This document shows, piece by piece, positions 1 through 9,426 of a DNA stretch of 64,000 nucleotides. The position numbers were made by a program, and so were the translations under genes. The stretch covers positions 607 through 64,606 of IMG/VR virus record IMGVR_UViG_3300009873_000022; one strand, 5' to 3'. A model generated the notes under the pieces. It saw nothing but the letters and a program-made list of their open reading frames with translations, was not told the DNA's origin and searched no databases. Every line of letters begins with the position of its first letter. Position 1 is the first letter of the stretch. Origin of the DNA: a virus.

Positions 1-417
1 TTGGACATCCTCCACTGTGCGCGCCTCTTTGCGGATCATCACCGCCAGCCTGCGCCTTTCTTGACACGCTTTTCCACGGCCGTTGCCACTGCCCCACTCA
101 TTTCGTGGACAACCCTCGCACGTCTTGTTCTGCTTCTTGATAGCCAGCTTGTGAGGCTTCATCCCCTCACCGTCCATGCTGAGCGCAAAGCAGCGTGGAG
201 TATTCGGCTTGTTCGGCTTGAATGCTCCTTTGTAGTACGAGTTCACGTACGAAAAGTCCAGGACGATCACATCAAGTGACCTGCCCTTGTTCTCGCCACC
301 GACCGTGAATCGGCGCTTTTGAATCGAAATCTTGTTGCCTCCTTTGCCCGCGCGTGATTTCTCGCGAGCTCTGGTCTTCTTGGCTTTCGCCTTCATTCGC
401 TCAAGGAATGTAGCCAT
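1..417 (-). CDS. hypothetical protein, 5'-partial in window (start ATG at 417, runs off window at 1); contains CxxC...C Zn-ribbon-like cluster (KTCEGCPRNEWGSGNGRGKAC)
   Basis: Manual reverse translation from ATG at 415-417 reads open to position 1 (139 codons). It is absent from the ORF track because there is no stop in the window. It has the same orientation as the downstream operon. Confidence 0.45.
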   Translation of the reverse strand, partial: MATFLERMKAKAKKTRAREKSRAGKGGNKISIQKRRFTVGGENKGRSLDVIVLDFSYVNSYYKGAFKPNKPNTPRCFALSMDGEGMKPHKLAIKKQNKTCEGCPRNEWGSGNGRGKACQERRRLAVMIRKEARTVEDVQ

Positions 418-427
418 TACGTATTCC

Positions 428-823
428 TCACTTCATGCTCCTGATGTTCAATCTCGTTGACTCAAAGATCTCCGTGCCTTCTATCTTCTGTCCCTCCTTC
501 AACCTATCCATATACGCTTTCTTAGAAATACGATTCTGAAACAGATCGTATGCCTTGTTGGCCACCACGTACTTGATGAACTGCTTGTGATTCTTGATCT
601 TCGGGTGCTTGTCGCGAACCACGCTAGACTTGAAGTGCATTCCGCTGGCCCCCTTCAACTTCTTCTTTGAGAAGAGGGCAAGCAGATGTTGTCCCATCTT
701 ATGACGGGCACTGCGCAGCTTGGCCGTTTCAGCATCCTTTTTTCTGATCAGCTTATCCAGTTCACCGTACTCGTCGATCAAGCCTCCCAGCTTAGTGCTT
801 GACTTGTCTGTCTTCTTTCGCAT
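428..823 (-). CDS. basic (K/R-rich) hypothetical protein
   Basis: The track ORF 428..955 overlaps 792..1328. The internal start MRKKTDK is preceded by GGAGAT, so it is the preferred start. Confidence 0.4.
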   Translation of the reverse strand: MRKKTDKSSTKLGGLIDEYGELDKLIRKKDAETAKLRSARHKMGQHLLALFSKKKLKGASGMHFKSSVVRDKHPKIKNHKQFIKYVVANKAYDLFQNRISKKAYMDRLKEGQKIEGTEIFESTRLNIRSMK

Positions 824-1328
824 TGATGATCTCCGTGAATTTCGATGTGAATTCGCTGAGCGCCCCCTCAACGGTCTCCTTGATTCTCCTATCAAGTTCC
901 TCTTTCTCAAGGATACCCTCGATGATGATCGCACGTATCTTGGCCATATGGCCACTGGCCCCTCCTGTCACCTTGGCCTCTGAGTTATCACGTAGCAGAC
1001 TTTCGTGCGCTGCAATGATGGTCATGATGACCAATGCTTCGTCCATTGAAGTGAGGGCCTCTTTCTTAGTACGAGCAGCTATCTCCTTTTCTTCTTTGGT
1101 GACCACATCAGAGTCTGCCAACTGCTCGACCTGACCATACAGGATACTCACTGGTCGCATGATGGTCGATGACAGTGTCTCGGTCAATGCTCCCATGAAC
1201 GCATGAATGGCGTACCAGTCATTGTCATCCTCTGGTACGAACCTGTGCTCCCTGTGCGCACAGGTATTCTTTGCACGATCGAGCCACTTGTCTGCGAGAC
1301 GCAGTAGTCTTTGTCCGGCTTCTTTCAT
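792..1328 (-). CDS. hypothetical protein
   Basis: 178-aa ORF in the minus-strand operon, with a stop/start overlap to the next gene. Confidence 0.45.
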   Translation of the reverse strand: MKEAGQRLLRLADKWLDRAKNTCAHREHRFVPEDDNDWYAIHAFMGALTETLSSTIMRPVSILYGQVEQLADSDVVTKEEKEIAARTKKEALTSMDEALVIMTIIAAHESLLRDNSEAKVTGGASGHMAKIRAIIIEGILEKEELDRRIKETVEGALSEFTSKFTEIINAKEDRQVKH

Positions 1329-1870
1329 TTCACTTTCCTCAGTTGTTCTAGGTCAATTTCTGGATGGCGGCGTTCACGAATGGCCCACCAGTCTGGAACC
1401 GAACTTGGAGCTTTCCACTTGGCGATGTGATACTTCTCGAAGAAGTAGTAGTCGCGATATGCCTCTACAGCATCATTCTGTCTGTACTGCTCTGGCATGC
1501 ACTGAGCGAATGGGCTCATTGCCTTGGCCTTCATGTTATGTGGCCGCTTTGTAAGCTGCCCCCACAGAGTGTGAGTATAGACGTGCTGTCCGTTGTATCG
1601 CTTACGATACTCATTCCCGAGATGCTTCATGAGTTCATGGAGCCATGTGTAGTTGCCATGACTGGCCCCTGCCCACAGTACGACCGGATGATTCTGATGC
1701 GTAGGGCGCAGAATTGCCGGGACAGTGCGCCTTGCATCCTCCGTTCCATCCAGCGTGTGATGCACGGTACACAGAATCTGTGCCGACTCCATGATCATTT
1801 TCACCACATGCTTGTCATTGTGATAGTGTGCCGCCAGCTCTGGGCTTCTGTCGAGTACGAAGATGTTCAT
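1325..1870 (-). CDS. hypothetical protein; the N-terminus (MNIFVLDRSPELAAHYH...ESAQIL) weakly resembles T4 DenV-type pyrimidine-dimer glycosylase (MTRINLTLVSELADQHL)
   Basis: 181-aa ORF. The resemblance is judged from memory of the T4 endoV N-terminus and was not verified. Confidence 0.45.
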   Translation of the reverse strand: MNIFVLDRSPELAAHYHNDKHVVKMIMESAQILCTVHHTLDGTEDARRTVPAILRPTHQNHPVVLWAGASHGNYTWLHELMKHLGNEYRKRYNGQHVYTHTLWGQLTKRPHNMKAKAMSPFAQCMPEQYRQNDAVEAYRDYYFFEKYHIAKWKAPSSVPDWWAIRERRHPEIDLEQLRKVK

Positions 1871-2253
1871 GATGTCACCACTTCAGGAATGGATAGTCCT
1901 GTCCTACTCAAGAGAGTCATGAATGTGTCCATGCTATGGTCAGGCCAGTTGGTATGAATGTACGACTCTTTCGTCTTGAAGTCGTAGTAGATCCCGAACT
2001 TGCAGCATCTGCCATGTACGTAATCCATACCGAGCAGACATCCAGTGCCCATGTAGTCCTCGGTGCTGCGCTTGGAAAACTTCTCTTTCTGACTTCGATA
2101 TCCCTCGACCAGCTTGGTCAGTGTTTCAATCGGAATGAGGCCTGGAATGAAGTGGATATGCCCGAGTCCGATCGGAGCTGAAAGGTTGTACACCTGCGCA
2201 ATCAGCGCGGTGACGTCGAATGATTCTGGAAGAATGATGCGGGTACTGTACAT
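1867..2253 (-). CDS. hypothetical protein
   Basis: The internal start MYSTR is preceded by the conserved AAGGAGATTATC-ATG element. The track ORF extends to 2298. Confidence 0.4.
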   Translation of the reverse strand: MYSTRIILPESFDVTALIAQVYNLSAPIGLGHIHFIPGLIPIETLTKLVEGYRSQKEKFSKRSTEDYMGTGCLLGMDYVHGRCCKFGIYYDFKTKESYIHTNWPDHSMDTFMTLLSRTGLSIPEVVTS

Positions 2254-2263
2254 GATAATCTCC

Positions 2264-2461
2264 TTACTCTTTGAGAAGTTTTCCAAGTAGAATTGCATCC
2301 ATTCGCATCAAGTCACGAATGGCTGCGTACTCATCGCTGCTGATTGAATCGACCTCTGGGCTTGAACAAAACTTTTCGTGCTTGAGAAAATCCTCCTTCA
2401 CCAACTTGAATAGATGTGCCTCCTCTTGGCGACGGAGGTCTACCGATCGCTGACTGCTCAT
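2264..2461 (-). CDS. small hypothetical protein
   Basis: 65-aa ORF packed between neighbours. Confidence 0.3.
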   Translation of the reverse strand: MSSQRSVDLRRQEEAHLFKLVKEDFLKHEKFCSSPEVDSISSDEYAAIRDLMRMDAILLGKLLKE

Positions 2462-2646
2462 GTGAACGCCGCGGTCTTTCGTGCTGTTTCCAGCGAAGTC
2501 ACCACGTCAGCGAGTGTGTCTGTGACATGCTCCAACATGCTGGCGGTCTGATCATTGACTCCGTTGATCTCCAATACATCATTGACACACGAATTGACCT
2601 TGTCTATCAAGGCTGTGATCGCCGCGTCTGCTGCCTGCTTGTCCAT
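2458..2646 (-). CDS. small hypothetical protein
   Basis: 62-aa ORF with start/stop overlaps. Confidence 0.3.
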   Translation of the reverse strand: MDKQAADAAITALIDKVNSCVNDVLEINGVNDQTASMLEHVTDTLADVVTSLETARKTAAFT

Positions 2647-2662
2647 GAAATACTCCTTGAGT

Positions 2663-3535
2663 CTACTTGTCGTCGCGAATACGTTTGAACCTGGGATGCC
2701 GTAATGATCCCTTCTCGGTGATCAGTTGGCACTGTACCTCAACCGTTCTACCTATGATGGTGTTCTTGCTGAACCTCTCCTTCCAAAATGTATCCCTCTG
2801 CTTGTCGGTCATGCCAGACACATTCACATTCCTCTTCTTGTACCTGACCACCAGTGCGCCGAGTGTTCCTTCGTACTTGCCACTGCCCTCCTTGAGGTCA
2901 GTTACTTGCACATCGACGCTGATCTCTTCCTTGATCTTCATCCAAGCGTGTGAACGAGTCGGAACCCAAGGCTTAGATAGATCCTTGATGATGCTACCTT
3001 CGTATCCACTACCGACATGCTCTCTGTTCAAACGGAGCGCATGATCGTGGTCCTCAACTTCACGCGGTTCGATCAGCTTGAAGTGCTTGTTTCGAGGAGC
3101 GCTCAGTGCCTTCAACTGTTCCTTTCGATGCCCTTGCTCTTTCTCGTCACCCTCCCCATAGAAGTAGTCAATGGGCATCACATGGAAGCAGTGGAATACT
3201 GCATCATCGGCTTGGTAGTTCTTGCGATGGATCGTGCCCGCTGAGTTGGCGAATGAACTACACACGATCTCACCGTCGAACATGGTTCCATTCTTGTACT
3301 CGTTGTACATATTGACCAATGCCATGTGAGCGGCCTCTACGTACAACTCAAGCTTCTTGAACATGAACCATTCACGACCGTTGCGGCTGTGAAACCTGAT
3401 ACCATGCTTTGGGTGATATAGAATGATACACCGAACTCCGTCAAGTTTCGGTTCGATGACCATGCTTTCCCAATCCTTGACGCGTTTCTGCTCGTACGTC
3501 TTGGCGAGCATCACTTCCTTTGGCCATGCGCTCAT
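2663..3535 (-). CDS. lig: ATP-dependent DNA ligase
   Basis: Nucleotidyltransferase motif I KxDG is present (EPKLDGVR). Motif IV is EGSIIK and motif V is WMKIK. The protein is 290 aa. Confidence 0.85.
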   Translation of the reverse strand: MSAWPKEVMLAKTYEQKRVKDWESMVIEPKLDGVRCIILYHPKHGIRFHSRNGREWFMFKKLELYVEAAHMALVNMYNEYKNGTMFDGEIVCSSFANSAGTIHRKNYQADDAVFHCFHVMPIDYFYGEGDEKEQGHRKEQLKALSAPRNKHFKLIEPREVEDHDHALRLNREHVGSGYEGSIIKDLSKPWVPTRSHAWMKIKEEISVDVQVTDLKEGSGKYEGTLGALVVRYKKRNVNVSGMTDKQRDTFWKERFSKNTIIGRTVEVQCQLITEKGSLRHPRFKRIRDDK

Positions 3536-3783
3536 TTGAGTCTCCCTGTGACAGTTCCAAGCACACTATTCAAGTTGCGCTGGTGATCAAGCCTGCGTCT
3601 TTCTGCCATGGAAACGGGAGGGCTACGCGATCCCTGCTGTAGATAACCATCTTGATAGGCGGTAGTGGCCCACGACGGCAGCCCCATGTCTTTGCCATAC
3701 ATGATGGAGTAGATTGACAGTTTGTGCCCGAGGGCGGCATCACGTTGCCCTGCGGCTCGGAACCATTTCTTTGCAAATCCCAT
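3532..3783 (-). CDS. hypothetical protein
   Basis: The start MGFAKK is preceded by the conserved AGGAGACTATC-ATG element. The alternative ORF 3570..3827 in another frame is rejected. Confidence 0.4.
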   Translation of the reverse strand: MGFAKKWFRAAGQRDAALGHKLSIYSIMYGKDMGLPSWATTAYQDGYLQQGSRSPPVSMAERRRLDHQRNLNSVLGTVTGRLK

Positions 3784-3932
3784 GATAGTCTCCTAGAAGA
3801 GAAAGAAAGCGTTGCAGTAGCCGCCAAAGCAAGCTACCGGCCTGTGAAGGATACGACTGAACAGCCACAGCCACTTCGTCAAGTCATCTTCAGTTTCGAA
3901 GACCAGAAACCAGTGACCGTTCCAACCTTTCT

Positions 3933-4139
3933 TCAGTCGCATACCTGTCTCCCGTTAGAATCCATACGTGGAGTGATGGCCCCTGCATACGTGCCAAGAT
4001 ACTGACAGCCTGTGCGCTTGTCGATGTAGAGATTCATGTTCTCAAGTTCACGCACTGTCTGTCGCGTTTCGATTGAGGGTGTGCTCTGTGTGCATCCAAC
4101 AAGTGATGCCATGATTGAAACGGCTGCTACGATCTTCAT
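3933..4139 (-). CDS. small putative lipoprotein (lipobox LVGC)
   Basis: The N-terminus MKIVAAVSIMASLVGC reads as a signal peptide plus lipobox. The protein is 68 aa. Confidence 0.4.
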   Translation of the reverse strand: MKIVAAVSIMASLVGCTQSTPSIETRQTVRELENMNLYIDKRTGCQYLGTYAGAITPRMDSNGRQVCD

Positions 4140-4657
4140 GTCTTGTTCCTCTTGAACTTCAGTTCCTCACGAATCAAGTCATCTACGTACTTATCTGCCT
4201 CATCCTTGTACACGTAGCATACTGGAGCATCGCCTGCGATGATACCCTCTTCGCGCAAGAACGCGTATCTGGCCGCATCACGCTGTGCTGACTCCAGTGC
4301 CTTGACCAACTCGTTACGACGAGCAATCTGTCTCTCCATGACAGTCCTCGCGTCGTCTAGCAATTGTTCAAGTTCGGCGTTGCGAGCGGTGATCTTTTCT
4401 GCGCCCTTCATTAGGTCGCCAATCTGTGCCGCCAGTGCTAGTTCTTTCTTGCTTGATGGACGATTCGCCATGCGATCAATGTGTCTGGACAACTGACGGA
4501 CCTCTGCTCCAAGCTCCGACTCGCGCTTGGTGAGTCGGTCGATCTCGTCGAGTAGTTGTAGCAGAAGATCGCCCTTGACAGCGGTCAGGTCCGCCATTTC
4601 ACGAAGCGCCGACAAGGTTTCCGCCTTGACTAACGGTTTAGATGTCAGGCCACTCAT
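4136..4657 (-). CDS. coiled-coil hypothetical protein
   Basis: 173-aa ORF rich in heptad-like Leu/Glu/Arg repeats, with GGAGAA upstream. Confidence 0.45.
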   Translation of the reverse strand: MSGLTSKPLVKAETLSALREMADLTAVKGDLLLQLLDEIDRLTKRESELGAEVRQLSRHIDRMANRPSSKKELALAAQIGDLMKGAEKITARNAELEQLLDDARTVMERQIARRNELVKALESAQRDAARYAFLREEGIIAGDAPVCYVYKDEADKYVDDLIREELKFKRNKT

Positions 4658-4860
4658 GACACGTTCTCCAATGAAAGAGCATTGCGAATACCGCGCCAGC
4701 TAGTATCAACGATTACCTCAGACTCGCCACGGGCATCGATGTACGCCAGCACTGCGTTCCAATGGACATACTCAAGAGTATAGAGCATCGGTGTATCTCT
4801 GTCGTGCGCAAAGCGCGTCGCAAACCAGATAGCCTTGCTACGCTCTGTTGTCCAACTCAA
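4654..4860 (-). CDS. small hypothetical protein
   Basis: 68-aa ORF with overlap coupling. Confidence 0.3.
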   Translation of the reverse strand: MSWTTERSKAIWFATRFAHDRDTPMLYTLEYVHWNAVLAYIDARGESEVIVDTSWRGIRNALSLENVS

Positions 4861-5300
4861 GCCGAGAGTACGCTCAGTCCGACGTACCCTCTGTAGAGTT
4901 TGAACACACCGCCCACAGCCTTTTCCACCTTACCGTAGGCATCCTTCTCGCGATGATACTTGAATCGCTTCAGGAAGAAGCCGCGATTGATGCCGGGGTT
5001 TTCTGCGTCGACCCACACTGCGCGCAGCATGATACGTGCTGTCTCACGCGGTAGATACTGCTCCACCCTTGCAAATGCCTCTGCCCTGTATGGGCGTTCG
5101 TGAAGCCAGATGTACTGCTCGTAGTCTTCGTCACGCAGAGCTTCCTCACAGGCTTCCTTCTTTACCTCAAGCGTCTTGTTCATGGTAGCTGCCAATTCTG
5201 GCACGTAGATGCCTACCAGCAACGGATGTCTGATGAAGGTGAGTCCACTACGACTGTGCTCAAGCGAGCCCTTCAGTTCCGGATGAAGCTCGACACTCAT
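4857..5300 (-). CDS. hypothetical protein
   Basis: 147-aa ORF with GGAG upstream. Confidence 0.45.
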   Translation of the reverse strand: MSVELHPELKGSLEHSRSGLTFIRHPLLVGIYVPELAATMNKTLEVKKEACEEALRDEDYEQYIWLHERPYRAEAFARVEQYLPRETARIMLRAVWVDAENPGINRGFFLKRFKYHREKDAYGKVEKAVGGVFKLYRGYVGLSVLSA

Positions 5301-5491
5301 TTGAATCGCTCCTTGATTTCTACACTGACTGTGTTATCGAACGTAAGGTAGACTACACCCTCGTGATCCACTGTCTGCCCGTAATAGGCATTATAGACAG
5401 GCCTGAATGTCTCACCATCAGCGAGACGTACCAGTATCTCGACCTCGTCAGTGAACGGCTGTAACATTCGAAGTAGATCTTCCTTTGTCAT
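5297..5491 (-). CDS. small hypothetical protein
   Basis: 64-aa ORF. Confidence 0.3.
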   Translation of the reverse strand: MTKEDLLRMLQPFTDEVEILVRLADGETFRPVYNAYYGQTVDHEGVVYLTFDNTVSVEIKERFK

Positions 5492-5781
5492 TTCGCTCTC
5501 CCCGATGTGAGGTGCCTGTACTCGTTGACGACATCGGCCATGTGAAGCTGCTCGATGATGTACTCGAACGGCACATGGAGCTGGTCAGCCACGCGAGCCA
5601 CGATGTCGTCGAACATCTGACACAGAACGTTCGCGTGATGCGGGCCAGACCACTCACCACCGTCAAAGGCAGCATCAGCTTCTGCGCCACGGAGCTGCTC
5701 CATGTACGCATCGTTGCGTTCCAGTACCTTGCGCATGATGCGCGGAACCTGCGGATTGAATGACAAGAAAGAAACAGCCAT
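5488..5781 (-). CDS. hypothetical protein
   Basis: The conserved AAAGGAGACTATC-ATG element lies upstream. The protein is 97 aa. Confidence 0.45.
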   Translation of the reverse strand: MAVSFLSFNPQVPRIMRKVLERNDAYMEQLRGAEADAAFDGGEWSGPHHANVLCQMFDDIVARVADQLHVPFEYIIEQLHMADVVNEYRHLTSGRAK

Positions 5782-5807
5782 GATAGTCTCCTTTGAGAGT
5801 TGATAAA

Positions 5808-6131
5808 TCAGACGTCGCCGCCAGTCTGAATGAAGCGCTCTGTATACTTGATGGCATCAATAGGACTGCTCTTCCGGAAATACAGAGTGATCCAATGTGT
5901 ATCGACGACTTCGCCAAAGTCTACTGGCCAGTAGCCACAGTTCGACATCGAACGAAGTAGCGTGGTGCACTCATCAGGGAATGGATCGCCTGGATCTCCC
6001 GGCACAAGTTTGACCGGCAGAATGATTACAAGCTCATCGCCGCCGATAAGCGTGCCATTCACCGAACTACACTTAAGGACCGTTCCCTCAGCTACGGCAC
6101 GCTCCCTGCGCGATTGATTGCGCTTACCCAT
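5808..6131 (-). CDS. hypothetical protein
   Basis: The conserved AAAGGAGACTATC-ATG element lies upstream. The protein is 107 aa. Confidence 0.45.
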   Translation of the reverse strand: MGKRNQSRRERAVAEGTVLKCSSVNGTLIGGDELVIILPVKLVPGDPGDPFPDECTTLLRSMSNCGYWPVDFGEVVDTHWITLYFRKSSPIDAIKYTERFIQTGGDV

Positions 6132-6247
6132 GATAGTCTCCTTTGAAGATCAGCCAAACAACCAGACAGATAACAAATGCGCACATACCGTGCCGACGAC
6201 GATACCAATGATGATCGGTACTGCACCACTCAACCACTCACGCCAGT

Positions 6248-7153
6248 TCATGCCGCCTTCCTTTCAATGAGTACCTGTACCTGCTTGATGGCAGCTTGGG
6301 CCATGCGTTCACTGAGTACATCAGCATTGATGACCACCAGAAGTTCTCCTCGCTCCTCGCATTCCTTGATGTATGGGCTAGTGACATGTGAGTTCGTGTA
6401 CCCCATATGCCCTTGACACACCCTTCCATCGTCATTGCACAGACGTGCCTTGAAGTTGTAGAAGCGATGCCAGCCCATGCAAGACTGCATAGCCAGTCTG
6501 TTCAGGTCAAGCGGCATGCTGCTGGACTTGGCAGTGAATGAGGTATGAACAGTGCTGGTAGTGGTGAAGACCTGATCGGCAGATGCCCCGACAGTTATCT
6601 CCACCGTGTAACCGGACTTCTGCAGCATGTCACACACTTTGTAGGCAGTAGCGGCACGCCAGATACTGGCCATTGCATCCACACTGCCAAGTCCACCGAT
6701 GTTGATGTAGACGTGTGCAGCCTTGCGCCTGACCTGATGCAGGTCACGACGAGTGTTGCTCCATGCCCTGTCAAGGTTGCCCTGATAGACAGCATGTATA
6801 TCAAGGTCACTGCCGTTGTCGGCCCGTACCCTTCTACGCTTGGTAGCTTGAGTGAGCGCTACCGGCAGCGTCTCGGGATTCAACGTGAGATGTGAGGCAG
6901 CGTACTTCACTGCACTCAACAGTTCCGGCCAGCCTTCCTTAACCTTCTGCTCGAACTCCTCGCCAGTGCGCACGGCAGGACCGTACCACTCACGACCACG
7001 AATTGAGGTCATTGGAATGGCAGTGCGCATCCGCGTTTGATTGATATCATTCTTCGGAGCATCCTTGAGAAGATCCTCGAATGAGGGATAGTGGATAACG
7101 TACTCCACTCGATTCGCGTAGGTACGCGACGGATACTTGCGTTCGATCTTCAT
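6248..7153 (-). CDS. hypothetical protein; possible partner of the adjacent AAA ATPase, with a position like CobT/VWA but no clear MIDAS motif
   Basis: 301-aa ORF translationally coupled to 7150..8391. Confidence 0.45.
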   Translation of the reverse strand: MKIERKYPSRTYANRVEYVIHYPSFEDLLKDAPKNDINQTRMRTAIPMTSIRGREWYGPAVRTGEEFEQKVKEGWPELLSAVKYAASHLTLNPETLPVALTQATKRRRVRADNGSDLDIHAVYQGNLDRAWSNTRRDLHQVRRKAAHVYINIGGLGSVDAMASIWRAATAYKVCDMLQKSGYTVEITVGASADQVFTTTSTVHTSFTAKSSSMPLDLNRLAMQSCMGWHRFYNFKARLCNDDGRVCQGHMGYTNSHVTSPYIKECEERGELLVVINADVLSERMAQAAIKQVQVLIERKAA

Positions 7154-8391
7154 GCTGTCACCTCATTCCTTGCGAGCATTGGCATAATGAGCGCCATTTC
7201 CTCAGCACTCCAGTCAGTGAAGTATGCTTGCTGCCAATCACCCTGCTTCCAGTCTGCCTGTTCAGTCATGTCGGCCAGATCCTTGATGGTGCGGGTTGAC
7301 ATGACGCGTCGCAGCGACTTCACGCGGATAGCCTCGCGCACTTTCCAAGCCCATTCAAGTAGCTTAGGATTGCCGATGGACTCCTCCACTTCCTTGCTGT
7401 AGTCCATGGTGATCATGCCAACACGGAACCGGTCGAGCGTGGCTGCGTCCAACTGATTGCGCCCGACATACATGGCATCAGCGCCATGACCATACGTGTT
7501 GGCTGCACCAATGGCCACGAAGTCCGGGTGACGCTTGACCAGTGGATTCTTGTACCGTTGCGGCAGGTAGAAACTGTCGTTGGCCAGTGCCTTGTTCAGG
7601 AAGGTGAGCAGGTTGGCATCTGCCGCATCCATCTCGTCGAACAGGAACACACCTCCATTCTCATACATCTTGATGAATGGCGATTCAACGTACTCGAACT
7701 GCCCAGACTTGCCAACTGGCAGGAGCCATCCAGTGAAAGCCGACTCACTGAGACCAGCAGAGCACGACTGATCGGCGAAGTCAAGCTTGAGGGCCTCGGC
7801 CAGTTTCGCTGCGAGGTACGTCTTGCCGCAGCCTGCGGGACCGACGAGCATGATGTTCTTGCGCGCAGCGCCAAGCTGTACCATGCGAGGGAATTCCTTG
7901 GGAAGGACTCCCTTGACCACTCTCGTCTTGCCCTTCTCTTTGATGACGAATGGCACTGCCTTTTCGGCCGCCTCACGCAGAGCAGTCTTGGCATCTTGCT
8001 TCAGGGTATCCTTGACCTTGTCAAGCGCCTCGAGTAGCCCGCTCATGTTCTTGTTGAACACGACCATGCCGTGCTCGTCGAGCTTGCTGCGACTGGACTC
8101 GATGACCTGCCCTACGATATCGTAGAGTTTCTCTTCCTGCGAGCCGACCACATTCTGAACACCGGTCTTGTGCAGGCAGATGGCGTCGTAGCCGCGCTGC
8201 GCCAGTTCAACATTCGCTTCGCAGATTTCCTTGAGGAACTTGCGTCGCAGCTCTTCAGACTTGAGCGTGGTCAAGCGATGCCTGACGCCCATGTAGTCCG
8301 CAAGCACATAGACCTGCGAATTGTGGAGATCCCCGTAGTTGAGGTCCTTGATGCTGGCCGGAAGGCCGCGTCCTTTCTTTGCAAAGCCCAT
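7150..8391 (-). CDS. MoxR/CobS-like AAA+ ATPase
   Basis: Walker A is LVGPAGCGKTYLAAKL and Walker B is VFLFDEMDAAD. The conserved AGGAGACTATC-ATG start context is present. Confidence 0.8.
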   Translation of the reverse strand: MGFAKKGRGLPASIKDLNYGDLHNSQVYVLADYMGVRHRLTTLKSEELRRKFLKEICEANVELAQRGYDAICLHKTGVQNVVGSQEEKLYDIVGQVIESSRSKLDEHGMVVFNKNMSGLLEALDKVKDTLKQDAKTALREAAEKAVPFVIKEKGKTRVVKGVLPKEFPRMVQLGAARKNIMLVGPAGCGKTYLAAKLAEALKLDFADQSCSAGLSESAFTGWLLPVGKSGQFEYVESPFIKMYENGGVFLFDEMDAADANLLTFLNKALANDSFYLPQRYKNPLVKRHPDFVAIGAANTYGHGADAMYVGRNQLDAATLDRFRVGMITMDYSKEVEESIGNPKLLEWAWKVREAIRVKSLRRVMSTRTIKDLADMTEQADWKQGDWQQAYFTDWSAEEMALIMPMLARNEVTA

Positions 8392-8415
8392 GATAGTCTC
8401 CTGTGAGAGGTTGAA

Positions 8416-8618
8416 TCAGCAACGAATTGAATCAAGCGCGCCTGTCCGTACCTTGTGACAGTCGCCCATGTCTGAAAAGTGGAACTCTACTACCTGCTGA
8501 GCGAGCAGATCGTATGCCTTGAAGGTTTCGTCCTCAAGGTCAAACGAGAGAAAGACAAAACGTGTCATTCTGTAGCCGGGATGCTTGAATAGATCACCGA
8601 TGGTGAATTTCTTCATGA
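8416..8618 (-). CDS. small hypothetical protein (first gene of the leftward operon)
   Basis: The internal start MKKFTIGD is preceded by CACAGGAGATTATC-ATG. The track ORF extends to 8679 without an RBS. Confidence 0.4.
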
Positions 8619-8639
8619 TAATCTCCTGTGAGATGCAGT

Positions 8640-9426
8640 AGCGAAAGACACTCGACATTGAATGCCCTTCGCACTGCACCCTCTGTATATCGAGGGTGAG
8701 TGTGTCCAGGTTTCGGCCCGTCAGGGCGGAGTCTTGCTGGACGATGTAGGTACTCTGCTTGCTTGTGCTGAGGTGTATTCAGCCGTTGACACACTAGGTA
8801 GGCTATCACGAAGACATGGCCATCATAGGTAAGCTGTCACGAAGACATGGCTATCGGGCGTGGACGTTGCGCAAACTTTCTTTCCCGTTGTAGTGCATTA
8901 TTCTAAGACGCTGCACCGACGTATCATCTAGTTGCATAGACTAGTGAACTTGCATGCACTGACCTTTACTCGGGCCGTTCGAGGTGCGCTAACTTGGGTT
9001 GCATGGGATGCGGTGGAACCTTGAACCGCTTTTTCTAGCTACCGTTTTCCCGGCAGCTCCCATTCCCGCGTTACAGGGTGCCACCCTAGCTAGTGCGCTT
9101 TGTCATGCGCCTTTGCCCGCTGCTCTCACCCGGTAGTTGGCTTGCCTTCCTTGGCCTACGTGGTGGCTGGTACGTGCTACCAGCGGCCCTAGTATGGCCT
9201 ACCCGGCAAGCGGGGGCAATATATAAGGTATAAGGCGCGAGGCCCACAGCGAGCCTAAATGCTTTTGGAATTCAACAACTTAGCCGCGCCCTACCCCAAA
9301 ACCGGGTAAATGGGCCGCTACCGGGTGCCGGGTAGCCTGCAACGGGCCAGTTTTGCGCAAGAAATTGGTTACTTTTTAACCATCTAATCTTGGTTACTTT
9401 TTAACCAATCTTTGGTTACTTTTTGT
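8640..9426. promoter_or_regulatory. ORF-free region of about 790 bp, presumed to hold the promoter and regulatory DNA for the leftward early operon and the terminator for the upstream operon; a possible structured ncRNA
   Basis: No ORF of 60 aa or more is present on either strand in this region. It has balanced GC and several inverted repeats, for example GCTACCGG-GTG-CCGGGTAGC near 9312. Confidence 0.5.
8797..8855. repeat. two 28-bp direct repeats (GGTAGGCTATCACGAAGACATGGCCATC and GGTAAGCTGTCACGAAGACATGGCTATC)
   Basis: The repeats are visible in the sequence with period 31 bp and lie upstream of the leftward operon. Confidence 0.7.

Noticed and set aside
428-955. Full-length track ORF 428..955 (175 aa)
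   Set aside because: It overlaps 792..1328 by 164 nt in another frame. The internal start MRKK with a GGAGAT RBS at 823 gives a non-overlapping gene.
3570-3827. Alternative ORF 3570..3827 (85 aa) overlapping 3532..3783
   Set aside because: It is in a different frame and lacks the conserved AGGAGACTATC-ATG cassette that precedes the 3532..3783 start.
6248-7153. Calling 6248..7153 a CobT/VWA protein
   Set aside because: No DxSxS MIDAS motif was found by eye. It is only positional pairing with the CobS/MoxR-like ATPase, so it is kept as hypothetical.
8880-9360. tRNA or tmRNA in the long non-coding region
   Set aside because: No cloverleaf with a GTTCGAATC-type T-loop and 7-bp acceptor stem could be assembled by eye. 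Only generic hairpins are present.
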